Positions 22,823 through 35,570 of a DNA stretch of 50,000 nt are shown piece after piece (positions within the stretch are counted from its first letter, which is position 1; the number at the start of each line of letters is the position of its first letter). Location of the stretch: the NCBI RefSeq assembly GCF_004010195.1, contig NW_025214729.1:1-50000 (forward strand). The letters are read 5' to 3'. Under the pieces are notes generated by a model that ran no database searches, was not told the DNA's origin, and saw nothing but the letters and a program-made list of their open reading frames with translations. A program made the position numbers and the translations under genes. This stretch comes from Chiloscyllium plagiosum (Eukaryota).

Positions 22823-25524
22823 AAACAACTAACCAACCTTGAGCTGAGAGAATGTTTGTTTTTCATGTCTGCAGAGCTTGGCGTAGCTGATGCCCACTGC
22901 AAGCTGCCTTTTGTTTGTAGAATGTTGCTCATTGTGTGCTCCCAGGATGACATGGCCACGTCTAATAGGGGCCAGCGCTTGGATGAATCTTTGTGTAAAT
23001 TTGGGGCAGTTATTGCTTTTTAATTTGTACTCTGAGCTGTCTAACTCCCTCCTGGGAGAATAGGGTGGGGTTTTGGAGGGTGGGGTCAGCAGCCTTGGGG
23101 TTTAAAAAAATCCTAATAACAAATTTGTAGCTTTAGATGGTGTTTGGGCCTCCATCCAATTCTTTCCACGATCTCTGTTTCTACAGGACAAAAGGAAGAC
23201 AAAAGAGGGAAATTTGCAATTCGTATTGGGGGCTGCAGCATGATTTGCTTTGTGAAACAACAAAAAAAAGCTTGAGTTATTTAGACTCTTCCATTCAAAT
23301 CAGGCATCTGCCCCTTATGTGCTCTTGGTGAAACATCGTAAACTCTTTGCTTGCTTTCAAAATTAGTGGTGTATCTCGATTGATTTTTCTTTAGTTTGGA
23401 GTTTAGAATGTCGGGGGAGGGTTGGTTAGCCACGATCCTGCTGAGATTTCTAGTGAGCACTCAGCGTTAAACCCTGGTGCACCGTGGGCTGGTTGTGTGG
23501 GGGAGGGGGCTTCGTTAAGGCACATCTTACCTCCAGGATTTTGCAATCTTCCACTGATTGGGTTTGTTCAAGGTCTTGTGAAATATTTACTTATTGGTTC
23601 AAGCAGAGAACTGCTTCAGCAAGTAACTACTGCAGTGAAGTTTTTTGCGATACTGACTCAACTATCCTTTGTGTCATGCTATTCAATTGCATTGTGTATC
23701 CCCACATTGAACATCATCTCCAAGTACAGGCTGACGTGGTTTTAAAGTTACCTTAAATTTAAAACCCATTTTTTCTAAGGCAAATGGGCTGTGTTTGCCA
23801 CTAAAATGCCAAATTTAACCGAGGGGACCTAAGCAAATGTCACCTGATAAACCATACTGCAATTAAAGTGGATTTTGATCTCTCCTAATATGCCTTTTCC
23901 AACTGATATCATCAGCGAATGGTTGTTTTTTACCCTTTGCCTGTCTGCCCTGTAGTCCCCAATCTTTCCAGATTAAGCCATTGAGATCATGTGGAGTGCC
24001 CCCACTATTGCCTGAGCTAAACTAACACAGCAGATCATACAATTTTTGTAGCCTACTCTGTTGCACAGTACTGTAAATAGGAGGAGGTAATTATCTACTA
24101 AATCTAACATTGGCCAGGTTTTTGTAGCTGACTTTTGAAAAGTGCTAAATAAATTAAATTGTAGAGTCCCTGTGACCTGTTTTTATAATCCCAGCAAGCC
24201 TAAACATATTCTTGTTGTTTGAAACCCCTTGTTAAGTGGTGTCTTGAAAAGTGCCTGGCCTTACGCCTGCGTTGTGAAATTTGGCATTCTTTATCATTTG
24301 AGCGATTTCTGTAGGAAGAGAACCACGTTTTTAAAATTCTGAGCTTCCCCAGATGTTAAGGATTTATCGCACAGTGCTGCCTGGTTGGTCAGCACATACT
24401 AAAAGCTCTTCATCAGATCTTAACTTTTGTAAGTGCCTTTAGCACAGTTTAGTCCTGACCCTAAACTCTGTTTACATCTCTGTAGAAGAGGATATTCCTT
24501 CATTCCAGATTCTTGCCTAACCTGACTAGTGACTTCCTTTTGTCTGTTCATTATGGAATTCACTTGGGACTGCACTGCTCTATCAGGCAGACTGTCGATA
24601 GATATTGTAGTCTAGCACAAGCCTCTCAACTCGCCTGAAGATCTGAAATATTTCATTTGCATTTAATTATTGAATTCCAGGTTTTTTTATAATTCTATAA
24701 ATGCGTTCTATTTTTGACCTGAAGGCATTATCAACGTTTTGCAACTTACCTATTTCTGAAAAATTTCTCTTCACTGAGTCTATTATTTAAATTAGCCACT
24801 ACCTCACCTCCATATTTACTGTTCTTATTCCATAATTTATTTTCTCGGCTACCAACTGTCCACTTAAACATCTCCCTCACCCCTCTAGCAATACAAGTCA
24901 TCTGTTTACTGAGGCAGGAATCTGTCTGCTTGCACAGTCGTTAATTTGCATTTCATCATTAAATACAAACTTCAGTTTGTCCTCTTCTTCCTAATCGACA
25001 CTTTTTACTGGGGAAACGAACAGCATTTTTAGAAAATATTTTCTTATCGACCTATTCAGGGATGTTATTATATACCTTTTGAAGCATGTGGGATTTGAAC
25101 CAGGATTCTCTCTCTGAGGTAAAAATTTTATCTTGCACCACAAAGAGCCTCAAAAATTGGCCATTTAAAATTTATTGGATATGGGCATAACTGGCTATAG
25201 CAGTATTTATTGTCCATCCTTAATTGCTGAGGGGGCAGGTAAGAGCCAACCCATGCAGCTGTATATCTGAAGGCCCATGTAGTCCAGAGCAGGTAATGAC
25301 AACAGATTTCATTTTGATCTCTTTGTCTTTATTATCACTTCATAATCCTTCTGCCATTTTGCTAAACCGTGTCTGAAATCCAGTCCTGTCTGAGTCACGG
25401 CTTCCTCCAATTAAGTATTGGGAAGATGGAGGACATTGCCTTTTGCTCCTACCACAAACAATGCTGTTGCTGATAATTCCATATCCTCCTCCTTTTATTG
25501 TCAGGTTATATTACATGTCCGAAA

Positions 25525-25738
25525 AGTGAGTTGCTGGAAAAGCACAGCAAGTCAGGCAGCTTCCAAGGTGCAGGAGAATCGACGTTTTGGGCATAAGCCC
25601 TTCAGAAATGTGATGGTGAAGGGCTTATGCCCGAAACGTCTATTCTCCTGCTCCTTGGATGCTGCCTGACCTGCTGTGCTTTTCCAGCACCACTCTCTTC
25701 GAAACTGACCTCCAGCATCTGCAGTCCTCATTTTCACC
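25525..25738. mobile_element. Fold-back PLE family C element
   Basis: Arms ~25532-25604 and ~25617-25689 are near-perfect reverse complements; GAAGGGCTTATGCCCGAAACGTC is in the right arm. Confidence 0.8.
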
Positions 25739-26441
25739 TGTATTAGACTGTTCACAAATACTACCATTCTAATTAGTTTCTTGACCTGCCTGCTCTGTTA
25801 CCATTAAAATGTGTGTTCTGTCCCATTCACTTATCACTCCTGCTTCTCTGTCTGACTTTAGCTGCTTGGTCTCAGATCTCCAACTTAAAATTCTTATTCT
25901 TGTGTTCGCATCTCCTTTTAACTCTCCCCTTCCAAATTTGTATTCTTATGACCTCTCTCTCCACTGCTTCCAATAAATCTTTATTTCTCAGTCCAGATTA
26001 ATTTGGTTAATATAAATTCATGACATGTGAGCACTGTTCCCTGGATCAGTATTTATTGCCAATCTGTAGTTATCCTTGAAGTTGTGCTGGACTGCCTTCT
26101 TGAACCACAGCAGTCCATTTGATGAAGGTGCACCCACGATGCTGTTAGGGAGGGGATTCCATGATTTTGATCCAGTGACAGTGAAAGAATGGTGATGTAT
26201 CTCCAAGTCAGTTAATGAGCGGCTTGGAGGAGAACTTGCAGATGGTGGTGTTTCCAAGTATCTGCTGTCCTTGTCCTTCCAGTGGTAATGGTTGTGTGCT
26301 TGGAAGGTGCTGTCTAAGGAACTTTAAATTTCTGCAGTGCATTTTAGAAATAGTTGCTACTGACTATTGGTGCTGGAGGGAGTGAATATTTGTGACTGTT
26401 GTGCCAATCAAAATAAGCTGCTTTGTCCTAGGTAGTGTCTA

Positions 26442-26601
26442 AGTGTGTGGTGCTGGGAAAGCACAGCCAGTCAGGCAGCATCCAAGGAGCAGGAGAATCG
26501 ATGTTTTGACCAAAAGCCCCTCATCAGGAATGAGGGCATTGCTTTTCTAGCACCATGCTGTTTGACTCTGATCTCCAGTGTCTGCAGTCCTCAATTTCTC
26601 C
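26442..26601. mobile_element. PLE family C asymmetric fold-back fragment
   Basis: Same arm sequence as 19979, 25525 and 35359. The minus strand has CTGATGAGGGGCTTTTGGTCAAAACATC (decayed motif). Confidence 0.75.
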
Positions 26602-26613
26602 TTGTCCTAGATA

Positions 26614-27088
26614 TAGATGTATAGCATGGAAACAGACCCTTCGGTCCAACTCATCCATACCGACCAGCTGTGCTCACCTAATATAGTCCCATTTGCCAGC
26701 ATTTGGCCCATATCCCCCTCAACCCTTCCTATTCATATACCCATCCCAGATACCTTTTAAATGTTGTAAATGTACCAGCCTGCGCCACTTCCTCTGGCAG
26801 CTCACTCCATACACACAGCACCCTTTGCATGAAAAAGTTGCCCCTTAGGTCTCGATCATATCTTTCCCCTCTAGTTCTGGACTCCCCCACCCCAGGGAAA
26901 TGTCTATTAATCCTGTCCATGCCCCACATGATTTTAAACCTCTATAAGGTCACCCCTCAGCCTCTCCTGACGCTCTAGTGAAAATAGCCCCAGCTTATTC
27001 AACCTCTCCCTATCGCTCAGATCCTTCAACCCTGGCAACATCCTTGTAAATCTTTTCTGAACCCTTTCAAGTTTCACAGCATCCTTCT
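26614..27088 (-). mobile_element. HER1/CR1 LINE 3' end
   Basis: Reverse complement of 14440-14883-type sequence; ORF FPGVGESRTRG...RDLRGNFFMQRV...W. Confidence 0.9.
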
Positions 27089-27811
27089 GATAGTGTCAAG
27101 TTTCTTGTGTTGTTGGAGTTCAGGCAGGTGGGGGAATATTCCATCACACTCCTGATTTGTTCCTTTTTTAAATGGACAGCCTTTGGGGAAGTTGAGGGAT
27201 GATTACTTGCTGCAGGATTCCTGGCCTTTGACTTATTCTTGTAGCCACTGTATTTATATGGCTAGTCAAAGTTAAGTTCTGGCCAATGGTGACCCCCATC
27301 ATGTTGGTCGTGGGGTATTCAGCAATGACAATGCCATTGAATGACAAGGCAATGGTTAGATTCCATCTTGGTCATTGCCTGGCTCTGGGTGCAAATGCTA
27401 CTTGTCAAACTCGGGTATTGTCCAGGTCTTGTTGCACATCGGCACAGACTGCTTCAGTATGTGAAAAGTCATGTGTAAGGCTAAACATTGTGCAATTGTT
27501 CAGCAAATGTCTGCACTTCTGACCAACTGGCAGAGGGATGGTCATTGATGAGGCTGCTCACATTGATTGGCCTTAGAATACTACCCAGAGATGTCTTGGA
27601 GCTGAGATGACTGACATCCAACAACCACAGACATCTTTATCTTATAGACTATGGCTCTATCTTTCTTTGTGCTCGGCATGACTCTAAACAATAGAAAGCT
27701 TAACCCCAGTTCCTAATGAGTCTAGTTTTGCTCGGGCTGTTCAATGCTGTACTCTTGTCAAGCCTTGATGTCAAAGACATTCTCACACTCCTCTGGAATT
27801 CAGTTCTTTAG

Positions 27812-28290
27812 AGTAACTCACTACATAGCTGTCCAAATGTTCTGCCATTTCAAGGCACGAGTCAGGAGTGTGTTACGATCAATGCAGCTTCAAGAACATT
27901 AAATAAACTTGACCTCACCAGGTCAAAGCAGCTCTTTCAATTGGTGACCCATCTACCACCCTCAAAAGTCATTCCCTCCATCCTGATGTACAGTGACAGC
28001 TGCGTGGAGCATATACAAGATGTACTACAGCCACTCACCAAGACTTAGAATTTCCCAAACTTGCAACCTCTGCTAGCTAGAAGAGTAAAGGCAGCAGTTG
28101 CCCCCAAGTTCCTCTCCAACAACTCACCGAGCTAACCTAGAACTATAACATCATTTCTTCACTGTCAAAAATCAGACTTTTCCTTCCAACTTTGGGCATA
28201 ACTAGAGCACACTGCAGCAACTCAGCAACATCTTGTCTATGGCATTTAGAGATGGACAACAAATTCTAGCCTAGTCAGTGAAAGCTGCAT
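27812..28290 (+). mobile_element. Old CR1/L2-like 3' fragment in the opposite orientation
   Basis: CAAGGCACGAGTCAGGAGTGTG...GGCATTTAGAGATGGACAACAAATTCTAGCC is the sense version of the 26020/10075 family. Confidence 0.6.
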
Positions 28291-30026
28291 GCTATGAAAG
28301 AATAAGAGTTGACCAGACTTATTTCCTTCCTGACCTACTTAAAAATCCTTCTCTGAACAAGACTTTTGATACCTTTCCTTGAAATGTTTCCTCATTTGGT
28401 TGGACATCTATTTGTGTGTCTGTGAAATAACGTTTGCTTCGTGAATTGAAGGTAAGAATGCTTATTCCAAACTGTTTTTAAAAGAAAATGCAGAGTAAAT
28501 ATTCAAGTATATAAGATACCTAACCATCCCGCAAAAATGCTTAAAATTGTTTTGGATTTACTATAGGGCTGAATGTATGTAGTTCTAATAATTGATTTCT
28601 AATTTGATGGTCACCTGTGAGAAATCAAAGAAATAAGTGAAAGGACCAGCTTTTGTGTCAAACATATTCCGTATCATCATGGTGTACTTAAGACATGCCA
28701 TGAATGCCAGTTTTATAAAAGTAATTTTTTTTAATAAGCCAGCCTAAAAAGGTGCAGCAGCAAGGGAACTTGCTTGTATCCCTGCTTGTTTTTCATCTTT
28801 GAGTGAAGCCATTGGACCTCTGCTTTTTTACAAAGATATCTGCCGTTGTTAATTTGGATGAACTGTGTAAGTGTTTTTCCTCTCTGTAGTAAATGTTGAG
28901 CGTTCTTCTCAATTTCAGACTTGTCTAGAATGTGCTAAACTTGAAATTGCTGCAAACAATTACACCTATTATGATTCTGAATCTAGAGATTAATGTTCCC
29001 ACCTTTCCTGTCAAGGTACTTGTTGTTTCAGTCTGCCTTCTCAGTGTGAATGGTACATCTTATATCATTACAGTGGAATTTTTTTGGTCAATCTTTGCTG
29101 GAGGAAGGGCAAGGTGGAAAGGACACAGCTAATGAATTGTGTGTGTACTGACAGTTTGTAAAAATGGTTGGTTTTCCAAGCTTGAGAAGCTCATTTAGCA
29201 AGTTTTCTGTTTCTTGTTGACAATAAGTATTGTGTGAAGAGAGAAAAATAAGACTCCAAAGAGATCAGATATTTGGTTTCCCTTTCGGCTACAAAGGAGA
29301 GAAGGAATACCATATAAATGATTTCCCTTCTGTTTATCCCATAGATCTATTAACTGAGAAATTGGCAGCAACATTTCGTCAGCAGATGTACTGCTGTTAA
29401 CTTATTTGGGGAGGTGGTGAAAACTAGAAATGTCCATGTAGGATTGGATCTGATGTTTACTTATAGAGAATACAATGATTTGTGATGTTTGAGAGAGGAG
29501 AAAATACATGGTGAAAAATTAAGCAGCATTGCAAAATGATTTTAATTACTTTGTTTAAAAAAACACTGGTTCCTAAAGTGGTGGTATTTGTTTTTAAGCT
29601 GATCCCAAAAATAAAATGTAAATGATCCTTAATATTCCTTGATGGGGACCAGGCCCTTGAAAATTAAGTGGTTTCTTTGTATTCATGGTGAAGTGCTGAT
29701 GGAATTGTGGACAGGAAGCTTTGCCATGTATAAACAGTCTGGTAAATCGGAAGCCTTAAACAAAAGCAAAAAGCGTCCATCTAAGTGAAAAGCTTTAATG
29801 TTTCAAGGAGAGAATCTTGTCAGACATGCAATGTTTTCTTGGCTTAATATTCTACATGACTGCATAAAGTCACTTAATATTTTAGTGAAAATGTTTCACA
29901 GGATAAATGTAGATTGTTGTCTTCCTTAATCTACTAACAGATTGCTGGTAAAGCAGGGATCCTGATTTGTTGCTTGTATTTGGTTCATGTAGCATACAAA
30001 ATGAGGTTGGTTAGTCTAGTTTGAAT

Positions 30027-30487
30027 AGGCAAAAGTGAGGACTGCAGATGCTGGAAACCAGAGTTTAGATCAGAGTGGTGCTGGACATCCACCAATGTCA
30101 TTGTATCCGTTGCTTCCGATGCGGTCTCATCTACACTGGGGAGACTGAATGCCTCCTTGCAGAGCGCTTCAGGGAACATTCTGGGACACCTGCACCAATC
30201 AACCCCACTATCCTGTGGCCCAACATTTCAACTCCCCCTCCCACTCTGCCGAGGACATGCAGGTCCTGGGCCGCCTCCACCGCTGCTCCCTTACCACCCG
30301 ACGCCTGGAGGAAGAATGCCTCATCTTCCGCCTCGGAACACTTCAACCCCAGGGCATCAGCGTGGACTTCACCAGTTTCCTCGTTTCCTCCCCCTCCACC
30401 TTTCCTCAGTTCCAACCTTCCAGCTCAGCACTGTCCTCGTGACCTGTCCTACCTGCCAATCTCCCTTCCCACCTATCTCTGACCTAA
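30027..30487 (+). mobile_element. Penelope-like retroelement fragment: GIY-YIG endonuclease coding relic plus inverted family C terminal piece, with 14-bp TSD
   Basis: CIRCFRCGLIYTGET..LAERFREH (frameshift) ..PVAQHFNSPSHS..RRLEEECLIFRLGTLQPQGISVDF, typical of the PLE GIY-YIG domain. AGTCTAGTTT(G/A)AAT at 30013-30026 and 30488-30501. Confidence 0.88.
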
Positions 30488-33400
30488 AGTCTAGTTTAAA
30501 TGCCAAGAGTACTTGAATTTAGCAAAATGGAAGTGACCTTGTACTCAGAACCAAGTTTGCTGCAATCATATCTATTGCCAACTTGTTTGAATGGGACAAA
30601 GTGATGTATTTGTCTGGAGCTGTTATGATTTGGATGTAACTGCTTTTTTATGGACAATGCACAGCTTTGTTATTTATTCCTTATTTTTGTTTTTCTTGTC
30701 TTGCTGTCTGCCTGACTCTTGCTGTTCTGAAGGTATTCAAGTATGTGGTTTCTTGACACTAGTACCTTGCCTAAATTTGCTTTTCTTCACCTGTAACCTT
30801 TTGCGGAGTATCAGAAGGCTATTTAACAGGGGAATGCAGCAACCCAGTTGCATTTTGTCCTCAAGTGATGTTGCCATGTGTACTTTACAGGGTTCACTGC
30901 ATAGTAGTGAGGAATGGGAATTTGGACATTTTTGTTGCAAATCTCCTGTCTTCACCCACACTTTGCTTGGGGACATTGTAACAGTACTTGCTGTTCATTT
31001 GCCTTTACTGAAGCCAGGTAACACAACAGGCATGGAAAATTGGACATTTCTGCACACTTGACTCAGTCCTGTGTCCCGCAGTATCATTCAGGGAAAGTAC
31101 ACTTTCTAAATGTTGTGGGAATCCTTTGGCTATCTCCTAAAAATATTCTGAAATGAATTCATTGGGTATATGTAATTTGAATGGCAGAAGGCTACAGACA
31201 TGGTTGTTTCATAAAGATAACATTATAAATTAACATAGTTATTTTCTTGAAGTTCGACATGATTTCACTCATACATTTTTTTTCAATGTTTTGGTAAAGC
31301 ACTTGCATGTCGGATTGTTGATCCACACAGGACCCTTCAATTAAACTTTTATGAAGGATTGCGTGGTGAAGCAGTAGTGGTACCAGCCTTTCCAATCTTT
31401 CTAGTCAAACTCAAACCAAATCCTGGGATGAAAATCTCAATTGGTTACAAAATGAGCAATGATTCCCAATGTGTACTGACGCAACATAATACTGTCCGAA
31501 GTTGGGCATATACTGATCAGCTTACTCAGACTATTGGCCTAAGCATGAGGATATATTTGCTGCTTCTGATTACCATTTGTAGAACTGAGGGAAAACAGCT
31601 GTTCCTTCATTGAAGATCAGATGCTTCGAATAAAGTGTACAGAATGTACACTCTTTTCCACAGATTTTATGTTTTTCAAGTGTATAGCTTTAATTTTCAT
31701 AATTGTGCCCCAGCAGTGAAATTCCAGACAGCATGAGGGTCATGGGTAGAAGGAAACGATGGCTGGAGGGAACTTGTTGGGGTGATCTGGCCTGTCTAAA
31801 ATTTAGTTGAACAGACTGCCTAACCAGAGTAATGTGCTACTTGTGATGTTCAATGGACAGATGGATGTATATCCTCATATTTCTGAGGTCTCTTGAAATT
31901 TACAGATTTGTATTGCAATGACTCAACCTTTTATCTATAGCCTCAATGCAACATTAAAGTCTATGAAGACCCTTGGCATTTTTATTGAAGGATTTGCATG
32001 AATACAAGAAATTGTTCCTGAAGACATTTATTCGATTTAGTTGTGCATCCAGCATGATTTTCATATATGTTCATGACTAAAGTACTTGGTTTAAATGGAA
32101 TCTGATGTCTATGTATTGCCACTACTTGCATCTACAAGATCTTTATGCACTTTTAAAAGTTAATATGTAGTCCATTAAGATTGATTGCCCTCTTTGTAGA
32201 AAAATGTATGTCTTGTCTGCATCCGTTTTGGCTAGTCATTTCTTTCGTGAAGGTGTCCAAAGGTCTGCAGAAATGTGCTAAATGTATTAATTACGCTGAT
32301 AGTGGGTGTTGCAGCAAAGAATGCTCAGTCTAGTGTGCTTTCTGTCTCTGGATAGCTCCACACTTGTCATGGGCACTAACCACTGCCTCTGCTTTCATGC
32401 TTAAATGTTTTTCTCATGACAGGAGCACTTAAATATATCTGTTGCATTGATCCAATGAGGTTTTGGGAAATTTGCAATCTGAATTATTGTGTGCAAGCCA
32501 TTAGCAATTTTGTATAACTCGCTTGATTCTAACAGTAGGGCACAAATATTCCAAACTGGTTATAATTGTGGGAAGATTGTTTTGCTAAAGTTAATTATAC
32601 TTTAGGTTCACGGAGGCATTTTGATGTCTACTGAATTGAAGTATTTGTGCAAACACAGACTCCCTCAAACTAGATGAAGGGAGTGTGCCTCGCTTTGGGG
32701 GTGTGGATCATGGCTGGCTTAAGTTACAGGTCAAGTTCATACAGAAACTGCATTGTTGAAACAATGTGCATCTTTCGCAAGTTGTTCGCAAGTTAATAGT
32801 AATATTAGTCTGAAACATGCAGTCATCTGTAAATTTGCCCTTCGTTCCCCTGAGCGAGGGAGGGAATAGTTGGCTGTGGTTCTGGCCCACAGACAGAACT
32901 GGCTTGGCTCTGCTGCCCTCATTGGGCAAAATCTTTCTTGGCACCTTTTGCAAAAGGAATGTAACATCTACAAGGACATGAATGTCTGCCAGTGGAACAA
33001 CTGTACATTGCATGAAAGACCTTCAGTGCATGCCAGCACTTCAGATCACATTGGCCAGTACAATTGGAATTTGATCCTGCAGCACCTTGGGTGTGGTTGG
33101 ATCTCTGTGTATGACATGTTTGCATTTTTAAATTTCACATCTCTTCCTTGTATTTTCGCCAAAATATCTAGAACCCTCCCCAAAATGTATGGACCTATGA
33201 TGATATAGGTATCTGTAGTGGATTGGAACATTGTTCAAGTGGATACATTTCCCCCCCGCCCCATCTGCCAGCTCTCTGTTGCCCCACCCACCGAGTTTAA
33301 TGATTTGAAAGGGTATGGTTATCCATGACAGCCCATTGCTTTCTGGTGTTTTTCCCCAATGCACTTTCTCTTATGAGTTTAAATAATGAGGATTTGCAAC

Positions 33401-35358
33401 CTACTGGTTATAGAAAATAACATCAGAACCAAACGAAATCCAGTCAAAGAGGAGTGCACATGCAGATCACCAAATAAGTTGCTTAATAGCAACAAGAAGA
33501 GGGTGCCTGGGACAATTGTAATACCCCCTCCTGTCACTTCAGGCAAGAATTGCTCATTTGGAGTAGATTAGAAAAGAAGAATGACTCTTTCGAGGTTCAT
33601 TGAATAGTTGTTGGTTACAATCATTGTTGACCTGTTACATAGCAAAGCTACTTCATTGCTGAGTATGAGCGTTGACAGTGATCATTGACAGGTTACGCAA
33701 CCTGGGAGCCATGTCAAATTGGCCTTATTCTACCCTCCTTTAGTGTTCCCATGTGTGTGCTTAACAACCAAGTTTTTAGATAGCAATCAGGAGGAATTAT
33801 AATTGTTCCCAACTTAGAAACATGTACAGCAGTTGTACTCTGTGCCATCGCCTTGGCCAAGAATTGGTGAGCTTGGCCAGGACCAGGGATAGACTACGAG
33901 GTTGACCAGAAACAAATACCCATGCAGATGGGGCAGGGTGCTGACAAATCTGAAACAATGTTTATACATAATATGGACAAGAAACTTCGTGCTGGGAAGT
34001 CTAAATGTTTTAGAAAATCTTATGTTCTTACCCTGCAGTTAATCTTCCAAAGTAAAGTAGGATCCTACCTGTGTTTTTTTTTTGTTTGGTTAAAATTAGC
34101 AGTAAAATATATTCAGTTGTGAGGGCTAATATGCATCTTGTCCACTTCATTGTCTGCTGCAGGGGTCCAGTGTGTCTCCAGTTTGGAAGGATACCATTTG
34201 CTCAGTGTGATTGGGTTTGTGGGGCTAAGGGCAAGTGACATCTCTGGGTGGGTGGATGGGCAGCATGAAAGGGAAGATGGGTATTGTTATTGGTATATAT
34301 GGTTGTGCTGGTGAATGAGGGTATTTTCAGGGAGATGGTGAGTGGTGATACTAAGCCACTTTCCTGATGTGTGGCCATTGGGACCGTTCTGTGGGATGTT
34401 CATGTCATCCTATTGACACATGCAGCTACTTGATATGTTTTTTGGTTCTGCTGTTGCTAAAATGCATGAGCATAGCCATAGAGGTTGCCAAGGGAATTGA
34501 CTAAAAAACACTTCACAATGTGTTTTATTTTAACACCAACTTTGCAGCCTCAAGTGCTGTCAATAAAGCTGAAAGAATGTCACCTGTCCTCAAAAAAATT
34601 GAGGATCCAGCCTTGAAAGGTTTTTAAGTGAGAAATAATTTTGAATATTGATAACAAATTTCCTGTTAATTGTGTATACAGATTTTGAGATTTTTCATGT
34701 AAATGCATTTATTTTTGGAAGGGAAGTACTTGAGTGTGATCTCGTTGAACATATCTGTCTGTTGATTTTTCTTTGAGTACAGCTTGCATGGAAAAAAATG
34801 GCAGCAAATATTTACTTATGATGCACATTGCTTCCCGTTCTCCCTTCCCTTCCCCATCTGCCCTTCCCCTTCCAACTTGATAGTTATATTACAATGCATT
34901 ACTAATGTTTTAAATTTCTAGGACATGTATTGAGAATCTGCAAAGTATGGCTGGTGGTGAGCCACATAAATTATTTCATACCGTGTTGTTTATAACATTT
35001 AACCATCTTAGTCTTATTTCATTCTGTAAAGATGCTCTTAGTGTTAAGTTCCTTTGCCACAGGTAGGATCTTGATGTATTTGTTATATTGTGATTTGTTG
35101 AATGCATGTGGTTTGAAGTTATAGATAAATAATTTTAGTGAAAAACAAATAAAGTCAAGTAGCTGGACTTGAATACCAAAATGGTTGTAATTTAACAGAT
35201 GTATGATGTGTACGTTGGTGAATATCTTGCAGGCAGGGATGGGAAAGTGACAAATCTTGCATTCAATGAGCAATGGACTGGATGTGAGTTCATCCACTCT
35301 CTTGTAAAATGAGTTGCTCACAATTGAAACCCAACATTGTGCATATACTCTCATCCTG

Positions 35359-35570
35359 GAAAAAGTGAGGACTGCAGTTGCTGGAGACCAGAGTTGAAAA
35401 ATGTGATGCTGGAAAAACACAGCAGGCCAGGCAGCATCCAAGGGGCAGGAGAATCGACGTTTCGGGCATAAGCCCTTCCTGAAAAAGGTCTTATGCCCGA
35501 AACGTCAATTCGCCTGCTCCTTGGATGCTGCCTGGCCTGCTGTGTTTTTCCAGCATCATATTTTTCAACA
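35359..35570. mobile_element. Fold-back PLE family C element with perfect 16-bp TSD
   Basis: ATATACTCTCATCCTG at 35343-35358 and 35571-35586. Arms ~35393-35477 and ~35485-35569 are reverse complements. Confidence 0.85.

Larger units (their letters stand above)
26020..27790 (-). mobile_element. Old CR1/L2-like LINE fragment hosting two nested insertions
   Basis: Homologous to 10075-10700 on both sides of the 26442-27088 insertions. Confidence 0.7.

Noticed and set aside
22829..22886. Possible cryptic acceptor (tctgcag at 22874) giving an in-frame stop after exon 4
   Set aside because: Several AGs lie between the CTAAC branch-like motif and the acceptor, there is no clear donor, and there is no transcript evidence.
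30591..31061. 156-aa ORF
   Set aside because: No domain similarity, Leu/Phe/Cys-rich composition typical of T-rich intron sequence, and no splice support.
35359..35570. Fold-back elements as miRNA precursors or DNA-transposon MITEs
   Set aside because: They are multi-copy with asymmetric arms, long variable TSDs and a link to a PLE GIY-YIG relic, which points to retroelement origin.
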